Positions 42,246-56,317 of a DNA stretch of 64,000 bases are shown here, piece after piece (within the stretch, counting starts at the first letter, position 1; each line of letters begins with the position of its first letter). Position numbers and translations under genes: made by a program. The stretch is taken from NCBI RefSeq assembly GCF_009914755.1, contig NC_060929.1; one strand, written 5' to 3'. The notes beneath the pieces are model-generated. The model did not search any database, was not told where the DNA came from, and saw only the letters and a list, made by a program, of their open reading frames with translations. Source of the stretch: the human T2T-CHM13v2.0 reference genome, Homo sapiens.

Positions 42246-43392
42246 GTTGTATATATTGGGGTAATTTCTACTGATTATTTGCAAGTTCTCTCATTCTTGT
42301 CTTTTTGCCTCCTCTTTGCTGTTAAGTCAATCTACCATCTATCAAGAGTTTTGTTTTGTTTTGGGTTATTGTATATTTCAGTTCTGAAATTTTCACTGGG
42401 GTCTTCTTTACATCTTCTATTTGGTTCCTGAGAATTTCTATTTCTTTGATGAGACTTTCTGTTTTCCATTTGTTTCAAGTGTGCCCATAATTGTCCATTG
42501 AAGCAATTTCATGATGGCTGCTTATATCAGATAATGCTGACATCTTTGTCATCTCAGCGTTGGCATCTATTGAATGCGTTTTTCCTTTCAGTTTAAGAAC
42601 TTCCTGGATTTTGGTATGACAAGTGATTTTTTATTGAAACCTGGACATTTGGGATATCATGTTATGAGACTCTGGCTCTTACTTAAACCTTCTATTTTAG
42701 CTGATTTTCTCTGACATTGCTGTTGACAGAGGAAGGAGGAACCTACCTCATTACTGCCAAATTCCCTGCTCAGCTTCTGTCAACATTCAAAGGCAGGGAG
42801 TTTCTTCTCAGATGCCAAGGGGGAAGCCAACCCAGGGATAGAGGAATGGAAGTTCTGGCTCCCCATGAGACACGCAGTGATACCTCTCTGGGTGGTAGGA
42901 GTAGGAATGCTTCAGCACTGCACTACATGGCATCTGCTTACACCGCAGGGGGCAAGAGGACTTACCACAGAAGGATGGTGAAAAGTTCTGACTCTCCTAA
43001 ACATTCTTCCACACCACTCCAGTGGAGAAGGGGAGGAGTGCCTTGTTTATGCTCAGTGGGGGTGGACGACAGCACCCTGTGAAGAGGAGAGCTTCACTAT
43101 TTCCTGGAAGGGGCTGAAAGTCCTGGCTCTCCTGTACTGTGGTTGAGGTTGGTGTCTACTTGCAGCCTCATTTTCATGGAAGGGCAAGCTTTCCACTTGG
43201 TCTTTGCTTGTGAAGATTGGGGTGGGGCCACAGTTGGTTTCCATGGTGTGTGGCTGGAGTAGGGTAGTCATTGCTTCAACATTTTCTTTCTTGTGAGCCT
43301 GCCCCTTTTCATAGTCCTTTGGCTATATAGGAGGCTCACTTTTGTTGTCTGTGCCCATTGAGATCTCTGGGTTGCCAGCTCCATGTCTGGGA

Positions 43393-43416
43393 TATCTATA
43401 TCTATCTGTCTGTCTA

Positions 43417-43483
<67 letters not shown>

Positions 43484-43494
43484 GTCATCTATCT
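43393..43494 (+). repeat. (TCTG)n(TCTA)n compound STR
   Basis: Direct read. Confidence 0.95.
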
Positions 43495-43789
43495 AATTTC
43501 TTTTTGCCATATATATGGCAAAAAGAAACCCCAGGGAACTCACCACTGTTGTTCCTTGGGTCCTGAGGCCCCTCATTGTTCTGCTCTTCTTTCTACTTTT
43601 CATAATCTTACATGTTTTATTTATAATGTTCAGGGCTTTTAGCTGTACCTTGTAGGGAAAATAGGGAAAAGTATGTCTATTCCATCTTTCTGGAAGCAGA
43701 CATTTATAGTCTGCCTGATTTTTAAAGATAAGAATCCAGATTTTCATATATAATTCTTCCATTTTGTCTTTTAATACTGACAATCAATG

Positions 43790-44090
43790 TTTTTTTTTTT
43801 TTGAGATGGAGTCTCACTCTGTTGCCCAGGCTGGAGTGCAGTGGTACGATCTTGGCTCACTGCAACCTCTGCTTTCCGGGTTCAAGCAATTCTCTTCCTC
43901 AGCATCTTGAGTAGCTGGGATTACAGGCACCTGCCACCACGCCTGGCTATTTTTTTTTTTTTTTGCATTTTTAGTAGAGACGGGATTTCCTCATCTTGGC
44001 CAGGCTGGTCTTGAACTCCTAACCTCGTTATGCACCCTCCTCGACCTCCCAAAGTGTTGGGATTATAGACGTGAGCCACCGCACCAGGCT
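43790..44090 (-). mobile_element. Alu SINE, AluSg/Sc-like
   Basis: Full reverse Alu; flanking gacaatca..ttttt repeat. Confidence 0.93.
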
Positions 44091-44392
44091 GACAATCAGT
44101 TTTTAAGTAACAGGCAGGCTAAATACAAAATGTCTATTTGCCAACAGTCCGTGAGCTTTGCCTAGCTCCTTAAGGAATTTAGTTTCTCTGACTGAGATTT
44201 GTGAATTTTTATCTCATTATATATAATTTTCCATCATTTATCCAGAGGTGATATTGCTGACAAAGTTAACTATCAAGGGCAGAGCCAAGAAAGAGAAATT
44301 TATCAGGAAAAGATCTCTGAGCAACCACATTAGATGTCAAAATGTCCAAACACTAAAGTTCTTGAACTTTATTAATAGGTTATAAGCCTTGC

Positions 44393-44696
<304 letters not shown>

Positions 44697-45149
44697 TTAT
44701 AAGCCTTTAAGCTTCCACTCTGAGCATGATTTAAAAACTAAAATAAAAGCATACACACGCATACATACACATATGCAGAAAGTCAGTCTACTTTCCCAAG
44801 CACAATGCAAATTAGAGAAGATAGGATTTCATGAGTCAGGAACACTGAAGATATTGAAATTAAAAACTAACAGTGAAGCAAGAGAGAAGAAAATCATCAA
44901 AGTGACTCAAAATACTCAACTCCCCATAAAACCACCTGTGGCTCCTCAGTGTTGGTACACAGTCTTATATTCTTTCAGTAGATGCTGAAAGTCTTCCTTT
45001 ATTGGAGCCTAGCTTAAGAATTAGGATTTATTATTAGAACTGTGAGTTTCAGGGATTTATATCGTCATCTTCCTCCTCTGTCTTATGCAAGTCTGTAACT
45101 CCTTAGCTAAGAAAAAAACATTTTTAAAATCATTCAGAGGAGAATAAAA

Positions 45150-45415
45150 ACTAATTTTAATTGAGCCCCTATGATGTGTTAGATAGTATATTAGGAATTT
45201 TACCACCATGTATATTTTAATTTTTACAAAAACTCTGTGGAGTAGATGCTATTATTTTCTACAAAAACTCTGTGAAGTAGATACTATTATTTTCTATTTC
45301 AGCTGATTGAGAAACTGAGTTCAAAAGACCAGGAATAATTTTGACAAGGACTCTGCCTCACCAGTGGTCATGGTAGGACTGGCATCCAATTAAGACTTCA
45401 ATGGCCATGCTCTTA
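45150..45415 (-). mobile_element. MIR SINE with internal 35-bp tandem duplication
   Basis: 'ttaattgagcccctatgatgtg...aactctgtg.agtagat.ctattat...gagaaactgag'. Confidence 0.65.
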
Positions 45416-45725
45416 AATAACCTACAGATTCCAAAATGTTGAAACTGCATGTTAGAAGTTAGGGAAGGGGATTTGGGCATCTAGTAATTGCCTTAATGTG
45501 GAGACACTTGAACTGACTATGCCACAGCAAAAACTGACATGCAAAAACACTACTTAATGTCCTCTAAGCAGGTCCTGGGGTCATGACTCTCAAAGGCACT
45601 TCTGAACTTGCTGAGTGAGAGACTCCAGAGTCCAGCAAGCTAGCTACTGCTTGTGCTTTCTTATGAGCAACTGAGGCAGCACCAAGACTGTGCTTGAAGA
45701 TCATAATATTTGTACCCTCTTTTTC

Positions 45726-46010
45726 TTTTTTTTTTGAGATGGAGTTTCACACTTGTTGTCCAGGCTGGAGTGCAATGGCAGATCTCAGCTCACTGCAACC
45801 TCTGCCTCCTGGGTTCCAGCAATTCTCCTGCCTCAGCCTCCCAAGTAGCTGTGATTATAGGTGCCCGCCACCAGGCCCAGCGAATTTTTTTTTTGTATTT
45901 TCAGTAGAGACGGGGTTTCACTATGTTGGCCAACCTGGTCTTGAACTCCTAACCTCAATCCACCCGCCTCGGCCTCCCAAAGTTACAGACATGAGCCACC
46001 GCGCCCAGCC
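45726..46010 (-). mobile_element. Alu SINE, AluSq-like, with small internal deletions
   Basis: Reverse Alu; TSD gtaccctctttttc on both sides (45712-45725 and 46015-46028). Confidence 0.93.
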
Positions 46011-47409
46011 AATCGTACCCTCTTTTTCATTGCCAAGTGTCAAACAAAATTGTCCACAATTACAGGCAATATTTGATACAGTGTACACGTAGTATAGATT
46101 GGGGGAGGGGGTCCCTGAGATCTAGAAGAACTCCTGGTGTGAAAAAACAAGGGAGGGGCTACTTGGCTTCTGGTGTCTGCAGGCAAATGTCATCCACATT
46201 GCTGTGCATAGCTATCTTATTATAGTGTGGTAAAATAGCCAAGGAAGAGCAGAGGGGTTCAAAACTATAGATCTGCTCCCCAAGTATTTCCTGACATATT
46301 GAGGAGGCAGTGAGCAACAGTAGCCTGGAGAAAAATCATTGCCCTGGCTCTGGGTTGCATTTTCCATTTTAATTAAAATTCGTATTTGTCCATTCTGTCC
46401 AGGTCCTGGCCCTGTGGTCTATGCTATTTTGCACGGCAAATGAAATCAATAAGAGCCTATGATTTGGAACTTGGAGGCGCCTAAGCATTTTGGTCATATT
46501 TGCTAAGCAGAAGGCGAGTGTTTTCTGAGTGATGTTTGGCATACACTTCCAGTCTGAGGGTGTCAAATGCCAGACTGTGGGGCTCCCTGGTTGCCAGTTC
46601 ATATGTTAGAGAGGTTCCTTCCCTTCAGCTTTCCTCATTTTTTTTTTCGGTTCTATAGTGGGTATCCCAGCAATGAAGGTGACAGAATGGCTTGGGGTGA
46701 TTATCAGGTGGCTGTACCAGTAAGACTGCCTGTCAGCAGTTATCATGTTGGTGGGTGACTAGGCAGAAGAAGTAACCAGGTGTGTCCAAGACACAGATCT
46801 GCAAGGGAGAAAAAACTGGGAGTTTGCCAAAAGCTCGTTGAAGAAATTGGAGAAAGATTGTTTGCATGTCGAGAACAACTTTTATTCTTATTCTCCAGAC
46901 AAAGCTAGGAAATGTTATGTTAGTTGAATGTGACTTGGTATCACTACAAAGTATTAATAGCACATATTTATGCCTTATGCTCAAATCTGCTGCTGCACCT
47001 TTCTTTGCCTTTTGTTTATTTTTTCTTTTGGAGGGGGGGTGGTATTTGTTTTCTACCCAAGCCTTCTATAGCATAGAGAGAATGTAATTAAAGAAGGATA
47101 AGATCAATTTGGCTTTGAATTGCTTCACAGTAAGATCTTGCATTAGAGTGACAGACTGATCATGTCATCTGTGCATACAAAAAATCTAAAGATGAGTATT
47201 TGTTGTTACTATTTTTTTCCAAATCTATTAAATTAAACAGCAAGAAAATTAATTTACTGTATCGAGTTCTTCTATTTAGGCTGATTGTTTAGTTAACATT
47301 AAACTTTTGCAAAAGAGATTGTGCAGGGCTGACCAAGGCTGCATGTTCATGTTTTCGTCTGAGTCAGAGCATGAATCAGAACTGAAGGCAGCATTTCTTG
47401 TAATCACAG

Positions 47410-47437
47410 TCTTGGGTTTTTTCTTCTATGTTTTCAG
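47410..47437 (+). promoter_or_regulatory. TENM2: 3' splice site (polypyrimidine tract + CAG) of the TENM2 start-codon exon
   Basis: tcttgggttttttcttctatgttttcag|GTG, 74 nt upstream of the ATG. Confidence 0.8.
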
Positions 47438-47511
47438 GTGGCAAAGTGACAAGTGCCAAAACTCAGGCCTGACTTTTCTGAAAACATCAGCATTCTGCCA
47501 TATCTGGAATA
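47438..47511 (+). other. TENM2: 5'-UTR portion of the TENM2 start-codon exon
   Basis: Lies between the acceptor and the ATG; contains no ATG; in-frame TGA at 47470-47472. Confidence 0.75.
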
Positions 47512-47737
47512 ATGGATGTAAAGGACCGGCGACACCGCTCTTTGACCAGAGGACGCTGTGGCAAAGAGTGTCGCTACACAAGCTCCTCTCTGGACAGTGA
47601 GGACTGCCGCGTGCCCACACAGAAATCCTACAGCTCCAGTGAGACTCTGAAGGCCTATGACCATGACAGCAGGATGCACTATGGAAACCGAGTCACAGAC
47701 CTCATCCACCGGGAGTCAGATGAGTTTCCTAGACAAG
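47512..47737 (+). CDS. TENM2: Teneurin-2 (teneurin transmembrane protein 2, ODZ2) first coding exon; N-terminus of the intracellular domain, 75 codons + 1 nt (phase-1 intron follows)
   Basis: Translation [75 protein letters not shown] matches the teneurin-2 N-terminus as I recall it, with the family motif [13 protein letters not shown]; strong Kozak (A at -3, G at +4); upstream in-frame stop; donor AAG|GTTTGT at 47738. Confidence 0.96.
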
Positions 47738-50700
47738 GTTTGTAGGGTTTCCCCTGCTGATTTGCTCTCAACTGTCTAACTTACTTGATTTACATGGTTG
47801 ATGGCTGCTTTTGGAGATCCAGCATGGTGGTTTTTGACAGATGTACCCTACAGCAGACCCTTGGTTCCATAAAGGACATTCCTAACAACATGGTGAATCT
47901 CTATCCTGAGAAACCTAAGATTATCTGTGGTTTCTCAAAACTATTCTCCTCATAGTCCACTTACAAGCCTCAAATTTCTATTCCTTTTCCCATTGGGTTT
48001 CTCACTTAGATTCTCCTTGAACAAATGGTGTATCTTGGTTAAAACATCTTTGAAATAGTGTATAATAATACGCCCTTTTCCCTCTACTAAAATATGATGT
48101 TAATTCTGAGTTATACGTTTCTCTTTTTGTGTTTCAGAGCATGGGTGGCCACATGTATGTTATTTTCCAATTCCACTGATGTAATTATCCCTCCTACTTT
48201 CCCCAAGTCTTAATTTTCCTTTCCTTATACTGTTTTGATTTCTTTTGGGAGGAGAATATTTTTCTCCCAAGCACTAACAGTTGGCACTCTCTTCATGTCC
48301 AATATTTATAAAGAGTTCTGTTATCACTTCTCCAGGGTTGCTGTAAATGCATCAACACGTAGAATAAAGCAAAGCAGTGCTGAGAGGTGGTGTGACAAAG
48401 CTCACTCTCTAGCTCCATGTCTTACTAGTCCCAGCCTCGCTGTGTGTGCACTTTACATTGATGGCTCAGCAAAATTACAGGCAAACGCACAAAACTGTAC
48501 CGAATGCCTCGGGAAGGGTCACTCTGCCAGTGCCAAAGGGCTAAGCCCTGCTCTGCTAGGTTATTGCCTCATTTGTTTTATAACACTGATTCTTTATTTC
48601 TTGTTCCATGTCCTTGGGAGTAAATGTTGCAATGGGTTTAATTTCTAATGAAATAACTTAGCTTGGAATTCTAGTCCTGGTTTCTCAGCTTCCTTAAACT
48701 ACTTTTTACTACTTTTTATTACAAAATGTGCATGTGTGTATATATGTTATTAATTAGCACTATGCCCACGGTTTATAAATCTACAATCCAGAGGTTGTTG
48801 TAGATAACATCTTTTTATACACTCCTGGTTTACCCTAGCTTCAGCTTTTATATTTAACATAGGATTGAAAAAATAAATCAACAGAGAAACTGTTAGAATT
48901 GTGTTTCCATTGCCATTATAACTCTTGCAGGATACAATTTTTATTTAATCTTCCTTCTTATTTTCTGAGTTATCTTCATGTAAATGAAACACATGCTGAT
49001 CCTCCTCCATGAGAAAATGGGGGCAGAGGCTGCTTGAAAATTGCTCTGGATCAAATGCCTTTGATCTGTAACTTCAACAAGTGTTTTTGCTTTGTTAAGT
49101 CCTCACCATTCCCCAAATTTCAGGTAGTGGCAATTGGAAAAAAAATATGAAGAATCATGGCTTAATTAACTGAGAGAGAGCTTACATTTCCAATATAATA
49201 AAATTGGGACACCTCTCTGTTGTTTCCCAGAGCTGCACTAACACGAGACTCAGATATTTTGAAAGGTGATGCACGTTCAACGTGGTTGAAAGCCTTTCAT
49301 TTTCTGCTGTAGTTTTTGTCTCATTTACGTTGTTCCTGCATACGTTTTTGTGTCTCATAATTCTGTGCTGAAATGTTCACTTTTCTTCCTAAGTCTTATT
49401 AAAAGTGCATCCTGGCTTCTGGATCATTGTGCACTGACATGTAGATTCCAGATGATTGTTGAATTGTAGATAGGCCTGTCACCTTTTCCTTTATTAATAT
49501 TTACATAAAATAAAACCAAGGACTGGGATTTTATTTTCAAATATACCTTTATTCTTCCTGTTTAGTCTTGTTCCCCTCCATTGATAATAATGGAGGTTGC
49601 TTGGCCATATCAAACTCATAGCTTTGCAATTAACAATTCACACATGCCGCATGTTGTTATTGAGCCCATATTTGTTTGTGTAATGTGTTTGCATGAATTA
49701 AAAACTGTGCAGGCCAAAAGTAGAAATAAAAAGCATCAGAAGGTATTTGCATATGCAAGTGCAATTCCTTCTGAAGACATCTATGAATTTATGCATGAAA
49801 ATGTAGTCAGAGTCTGAGTGGATCTACTTTGATGGGTTCTAAAATTGAACTCTGCAGGAAGTAAATAAGCACATATTTAAGGAGAGGAGGAACAGGAGAT
49901 ACAATCTGGCAAGCAGTACATTCAACTTGAAACTTAGCCACTACAGACAGGGTTAAAATAAATTTTACACTCAGTAATAACAATAATTTTTTTAAATGTC
50001 ATGCATTTCCCATTTTATTTTCTTATTCATGAAATCAAAGAGCAGGATCATCTCCGTACTTATTAGCCTAGAGGTACATTAACAAGGATCATAGTGGGAT
50101 CATCTCTTGCAGTATTCTTATTTAAAACCCAAGACACTGATCATAAAACAAACACACTTCTCACATACAACCAAGTTTTGCAAACACAGTTGGATGACTC
50201 TACAGATGCTCAGGGTGGAAAAGAATTGCCAGCCAGCAAAAGTGATGGGGGCCCAGAGTCAGACCTTGTCCAGTTACCCCAGCTGGCCCATTCAAGTATC
50301 AAATGCAAGAACCTGCCATCTCCCAGCAGGAGAAATGAGCCAGGTGTTCCCATGAGAAGTTTACGGAAGCTCGGTCAAATTGTGCCCATCTTTGCTTGCT
50401 TTCAACACAGAATCCTCCTCTGCCTTCTTCTATTGTGGCTTCTTCTCTTGAGTATGCAAATCACCTGTCTGGCCTCTATTATGCTGGATCCTCCTGGTGT
50501 GAAAGAAGAAAATTGCTGACCTTCGGTCTGTGGCCACTGGAGTAATTAGTAATTAGTAAATGACTAATCCTGCACTAAATAGCATCCTAGTGGTCTGAGA
50601 GCTAATGCACCTGACAAAAGTGAGCAGTGGTCTGATCCCTGGTCAGACCCAGCCCTAATCCAACCTGTGAAATAGATGCCACTTTGAATAATGAAGGTCG

Positions 50701-50952
50701 GCCAAGTTCCCAGGCAGTTTGTACAAGCTTGTCTTTTTTTTTGGACCCCGGAGTTAGGGTGAAGAGCAATGTGATATACAAGACATTCTCCTGGGGCTTA
50801 GGAGTCTAGAGTTGGACGTGAATTCTGCTTTTGCATGTGTATGTGCCTGGGACTCTGCTCTGCATTCTGTGTTTCATCAGGATTACTACATGGTTTTTAG
50901 GTATATTAAACAAACAACAATAATAACAATGACAAAGGAATAATGGCGAACA

Positions 50953-51508
<556 letters not shown>

Positions 51509-54500
51509 TTCATCACGTCCCAAAAAAATAAGTAAACAAAACAAAAATATCTTTAAATCCTTAGTCAAAGGCTGGGAAGGATCTATGAAATTCACTTTCT
51601 AAGCCTTTTAAGAATCCATACCTTTAAATCTTTCTTAATGATACAGGAACTGTAGTTAACAGTATTGATTGAACATATAATGTTCACCACCAGCTCCCAG
51701 CCCTGCTGATCTAATTCCTGTTCTCATCCATTCACCTCCATCTCACAATCATTCCTGACTCTCCAGAAGCATTCCTGCCTACAATACCTCTCTACCAACC
51801 ACCACTGTAGGAAAACGTTTCGACTGTAGGGATGTGTACTGGGCTGTCAGCACTGATTCTATGCCCTCCCTTATGGTCATCACCTTTTTGCACAAACTCT
51901 CAACCTGGAACACTAACAAAGAAAGGTGTCACTATCTAAATGATATTGCTCAGGTAAGTAGAACTGACTTGTTTCTGTGCTAACCAAGACCCAGTGGGCC
52001 AGAGAGTTCAGCCAGCCCTCTTATTCCTCAAAAAGTGCTTCTTTCCAGTTAGCAGTTCAAGTCTCTCGAGAGGGGGCCAAGATTGAATTCTTTCTCTGTA
52101 CGTCAGGCTGGCTGTCTAGGTCAAGGTCGAAGAAAAAATTGGGGGAAGATTGAATTTTTGAAAGTATGCTTGCATCAGTTCTCTCAATCAGTTAAAGCAA
52201 AGAGATAAATCCTACCGGCTATTTGATGTGCTTTAAAAAGCATGTAAACAAAAATCAACACACATACACATTTTAGGCTAGGTTTGGTTTTGGTACTCCA
52301 TAAACTAATTCTTGCTCCTATGATCTTTAAAATAATGTGGGCAATAACTTTTGCTCTGTATAATTTGGCATAATGTACATTTAAACAGTGTTAATGAGCT
52401 GAAAACTCATGAACCACTAGTAAGCTAGAGTATTACCTGCAATGATTCAATTAACTTATATAATAATTGTGGGAATACTTTGGAAATTGTAAATATTTCT
52501 TTCTATGCCTTTGTCTTAAAATAGCCATTTTTCCACTATACCTAAATAATAATTAAAAGGTTCTAGTTTGAAAACCTCAGCACTTTAATTTACCTACAAA
52601 GAATACCTTGTAGATGTTAGTAAAGTTCAAGAGTTTCTGTGGTCAGTATCTTGAAGGCTGAAATGTACCTTGAGAAGATTGCTTTCCATTTATTTTCCCA
52701 CTTCCAGGTAGGACTTCTTTTCATAACTCAACTAAGAATAACACAATGCCTTCTAGTCTTTGGTTGTATTGTTTTTTCTTTTTTAAAAAATATCCTTAGA
52801 AAAAGAGAATCTACAACTTTTCAATGTTATCTTTTTGCTGGATAACTTGAATCCTTGTTGTTTTATATGGGAGGCATATGTGAAAAGAGTAATGAATGAA
52901 GACTCTGGAGTTCAACTTTGTCCATATCCCAGTGCTGATGGGTACCGCTAGTGTGATCTTGATCAAATTCTAGAACACAGACTGAGTCTCATTTTCTCCA
53001 TTTGTAAAAGCTCTACCATATATAGGTATTGGGTTTATTTCTTACAATTGTGTATTTATTAGATCTGGACATTATCTTTCTTTTAATAAGTGCTAGTAGT
53101 TATCGTTACAGTTATTGTCACTTTAACCCTACTACCAGCAGAAGTGGCGATCACTTGCTCTCCGACCCTAATAATACTTTGGTGCAACAGAAATTTTTCT
53201 TTCCTCTTGATTTGTTTCCCATGACTTGCAAAAATTCTGACATTTTCAAACTCAGAACTTTTTTCCAGCTTGTTCATAGAGTGTGTCTGACTCTCTATCC
53301 ACCATACATTTCTTTCCCAAAGATGAACATAACTCATACATTATTTTCCTATTTTTAGACAGGAATGAAAGATACTATCTAACAACTGTCAACTGATGCC
53401 AACACACTGTAAGAGAGTTGCTAGTCAGACAATTTTACAAGTCAAAAAAAAAAAAAATAGATTGGAAAAACTGCTCTAAGGTAGTGTCATAGGATACAAA
53501 CACTTTTTTTAAGTGTGCATTTTATGGCATGTAAATCCATACATATTTCAGAAATGAGTTTAAGAGTAGATTTAATCCATATAAATGCTGGATAAAATTA
53601 ATCCATTTTCGTCACTTTATGGGCAATAATTTGGAGTCTATGTCAGAGAGTCAATGTTTTGGATTTTCATCATTGATGCTTACTACCCTTCTAGGAATAT
53701 GTCTATATTTTTTGATAACTTTAGCCATTTGGCAACTATCTTCATGTTTGCCCAACTGTTATCCTCCCAGTAATTATCTATTGTCAATTCTGTGTTCAAC
53801 TTTATATTTAACTTTCTTTGAATTACCTTCCTTCTCCTGCTCTTTCTCAGTGGAAATTCCCCAGAGTTTCACCCTAATCCTATACTCTTCTTCTCCATAG
53901 CACTTTCTTTAGAACACTCTTATTCATATGACTTCAGTGGCCACTATTTCTGCTTCTGAAAACTTTTTCATTTACAAACAATAGTATCCCAGTTCAAATT
54001 AGCTTACTTGAAAGGGTAATGTTTTGGCAGACATCACCAGTAATCTAAGAAAGCATCTGCCCTCACACTTATCATCTCTCACAAGATTCTCATTCTCATA
54101 TATTGGCTTTATTCTTTGGAGCGATCTCTTTGAAGATGTCTGCTGATTACCCCCACTCTCACATTTTCTCATTTGGTAACATCACTGGAAAGAGTCCCTT
54201 GTTTATATATATGGTTGGGGTTTATTTTGCTGTTTTCAGCAGAATATTCTCCAGGTAGATATTCAGGCTGGCCTGGCATGGGACACATGCTGATGATACC
54301 TATATCTACCATTTTACGGCTGTAGCTGGCCACATCTTGGATGTAGGTTTATCCTGTGCTTGGAGATAGCTTACAGTGAGTGCCTCCTAAACCTGATGGA
54401 ATGAATTCCGCACAGGAAAGAAAGACTCTGATAGCTGCAGTAGACTGTAAACACTAACTGGCCTGATAACAAATGCTCCTAATGCTAGTGAGGCTGAAGT

Positions 54501-54531
54501 TTAAGGCTTCCTTTCTGTAGTCTATCTAAGC

Positions 54532-54895
54532 TGTATTGGTCCATTCTCACACTGCTAATAAAGACATACCTGAGACTGGGTAATTTATAAGGAAAAAGAG
54601 GTTTAATGGACTTACAGTTCCACATGGCTGGGAGGCCTCACAATCATGGTAGAAGGCAAAGGAGGAGCAAAGGCACATCTTACATGGCGGCAGGGAAGAG
54701 CACCTGTACAGAGGAACTGCCCTTCATAAAACCATCAAATCTCATGAGACTTATTCACTATCATGAGAACAGCATGGGAAAAACTTACCCCCATGATTCA
54801 ATTACCTCCCACCAGGTCCCTCCCATCACACATGGGGATTATGGGAGCTACAATTCAAGATGAGATTTGAGTGGGGACACAGCCAAACCATATTA
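54532..54895 (-). mobile_element. THE1 (THE1B/C-like) MaLR solo LTR
   Basis: tgtattggtccattctcacactgct ... gtggggacacagccaaaccatatta, 364 bp; 5-bp TSD taagc at 54527-54531 and 54896-54900. Confidence 0.93.
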
Positions 54896-55871
54896 TAAGC
54901 TTCACATCCACTTTGCTACTGGGCCTTGGAATATTTTATCTTTACATATCCAAGTGGGAAATTTAATTGTCTTTCCCTCAAAATTTGTTTCCGTTTTTCA
55001 TTTCTCAGCTTTGGGGAATGGTATCACAGCCTTGCATTTTAGATAAAGTCTTCCAAGCCTCTTTTTTCTTGATCCTTTATATTGATGTTTACCACATCAC
55101 ACCTATTATTCCTGCTTCATTTATCTCAGTTTCAAGTTTCTCATTCCATGGGCAGCTTCCAATATTTCAACACTGGACAATTGCTTGAGCATTTCAATCG
55201 CCTCCTTCCCTAATTCTTTCCTCTGGCATGTTTTCCATAACATGGATAGTTTTGAGTTTTTAAAACACGGCCTTATTTTTCCCACTTCCCTCAAATTGAT
55301 TCAAAAATATTTCAGGGGTTCCTAAAAGGCAACTGCAATTTGTGGGACACAACAATAAAAAAAGGTAAACATGGTTTCTAACCTCACAGAACCTGGCAGT
55401 TTTAAAATGGTAAGATATAACAGATATGTAACTAGGTACCTTATAAAAAACACTACAAAAGGGATAATATTGGATGGTTTTGGAGAGACCTCTAACCCAG
55501 ATTTATGTCCGGAATGGCATCCCAGAAATTGTGGCATTCCTGCATACATTTGAGGGATGGGGAGGAGGTTGGACAATCAAAGAGGCAAGACAGTGTTCAG
55601 GCAAGAGTCATGGCATGTGCAAAGGCCCAGAGGTGACTACATTTTGTTGTTCCAAGGATGTCAAAGAAGTGTAGGTTGGATGAGCTAGAGTGGCAGAGAG
55701 AGACAGTCATGAAGACATTTCAGGGAGACAGTGCTGGTTTCAGCTTGTGGAGAGAGGAAAGATGGTCAGTTAGAGGTTGTGTCTTCATCTAAGCAAGGGA
55801 GCCTGGTGGCCTGAACTAGGATAGCAGAGATTGTTTGAGAAATGTTATTGAGATAAAAAGAGTGTTGGCTT

Positions 55872-56317
<446 letters not shown>

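Larger units (their letters stand above)
36630..43700 (-). mobile_element. Ancient L1 (L1MC/L1MD-like), long, internally deleted, non-coding
   Basis: Minus-strand ORF fragments match L1 ORF2p: 40462-40695 'YHANINQKKGGMTILILDKV..ITRDRKEHY' (endonuclease), 39715-39978 'YQYLQDTVKAVMKGKVI..INNISSHFK', 38792-38980 'FKKELTPVLQHLFQEI..ITLMTKQDKDSTK'; L1M 3'UTR-like sequence at 36630-37300 and 5'-like sequence at 42300-43700. Confidence 0.85.

Noticed and set aside
47434-47709. Antisense ORFs (91 aa and 64 aa) and the +-strand ORF 47307-47600 overlapping the TENM2 exon
   Set aside because: Shadow frames of a GC-richer real exon; no recognisable protein and no independent splice or start evidence
47438-47737. 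Rolling-circle (stop-free) translation of the 300-nt circle, since the length is a multiple of 3
   Set aside because: An in-frame TGA at 47470-47472 terminates the AUG frame 11 codons after the back-splice junction
50094-50519. Longest ORF in the track (141 aa), and the 137-aa ORF at 48235-48648
   Set aside because: Non-ATG starts (GTG, TTG), no domain similarity I recognise, no supported splice context; expected by chance in 64 kb
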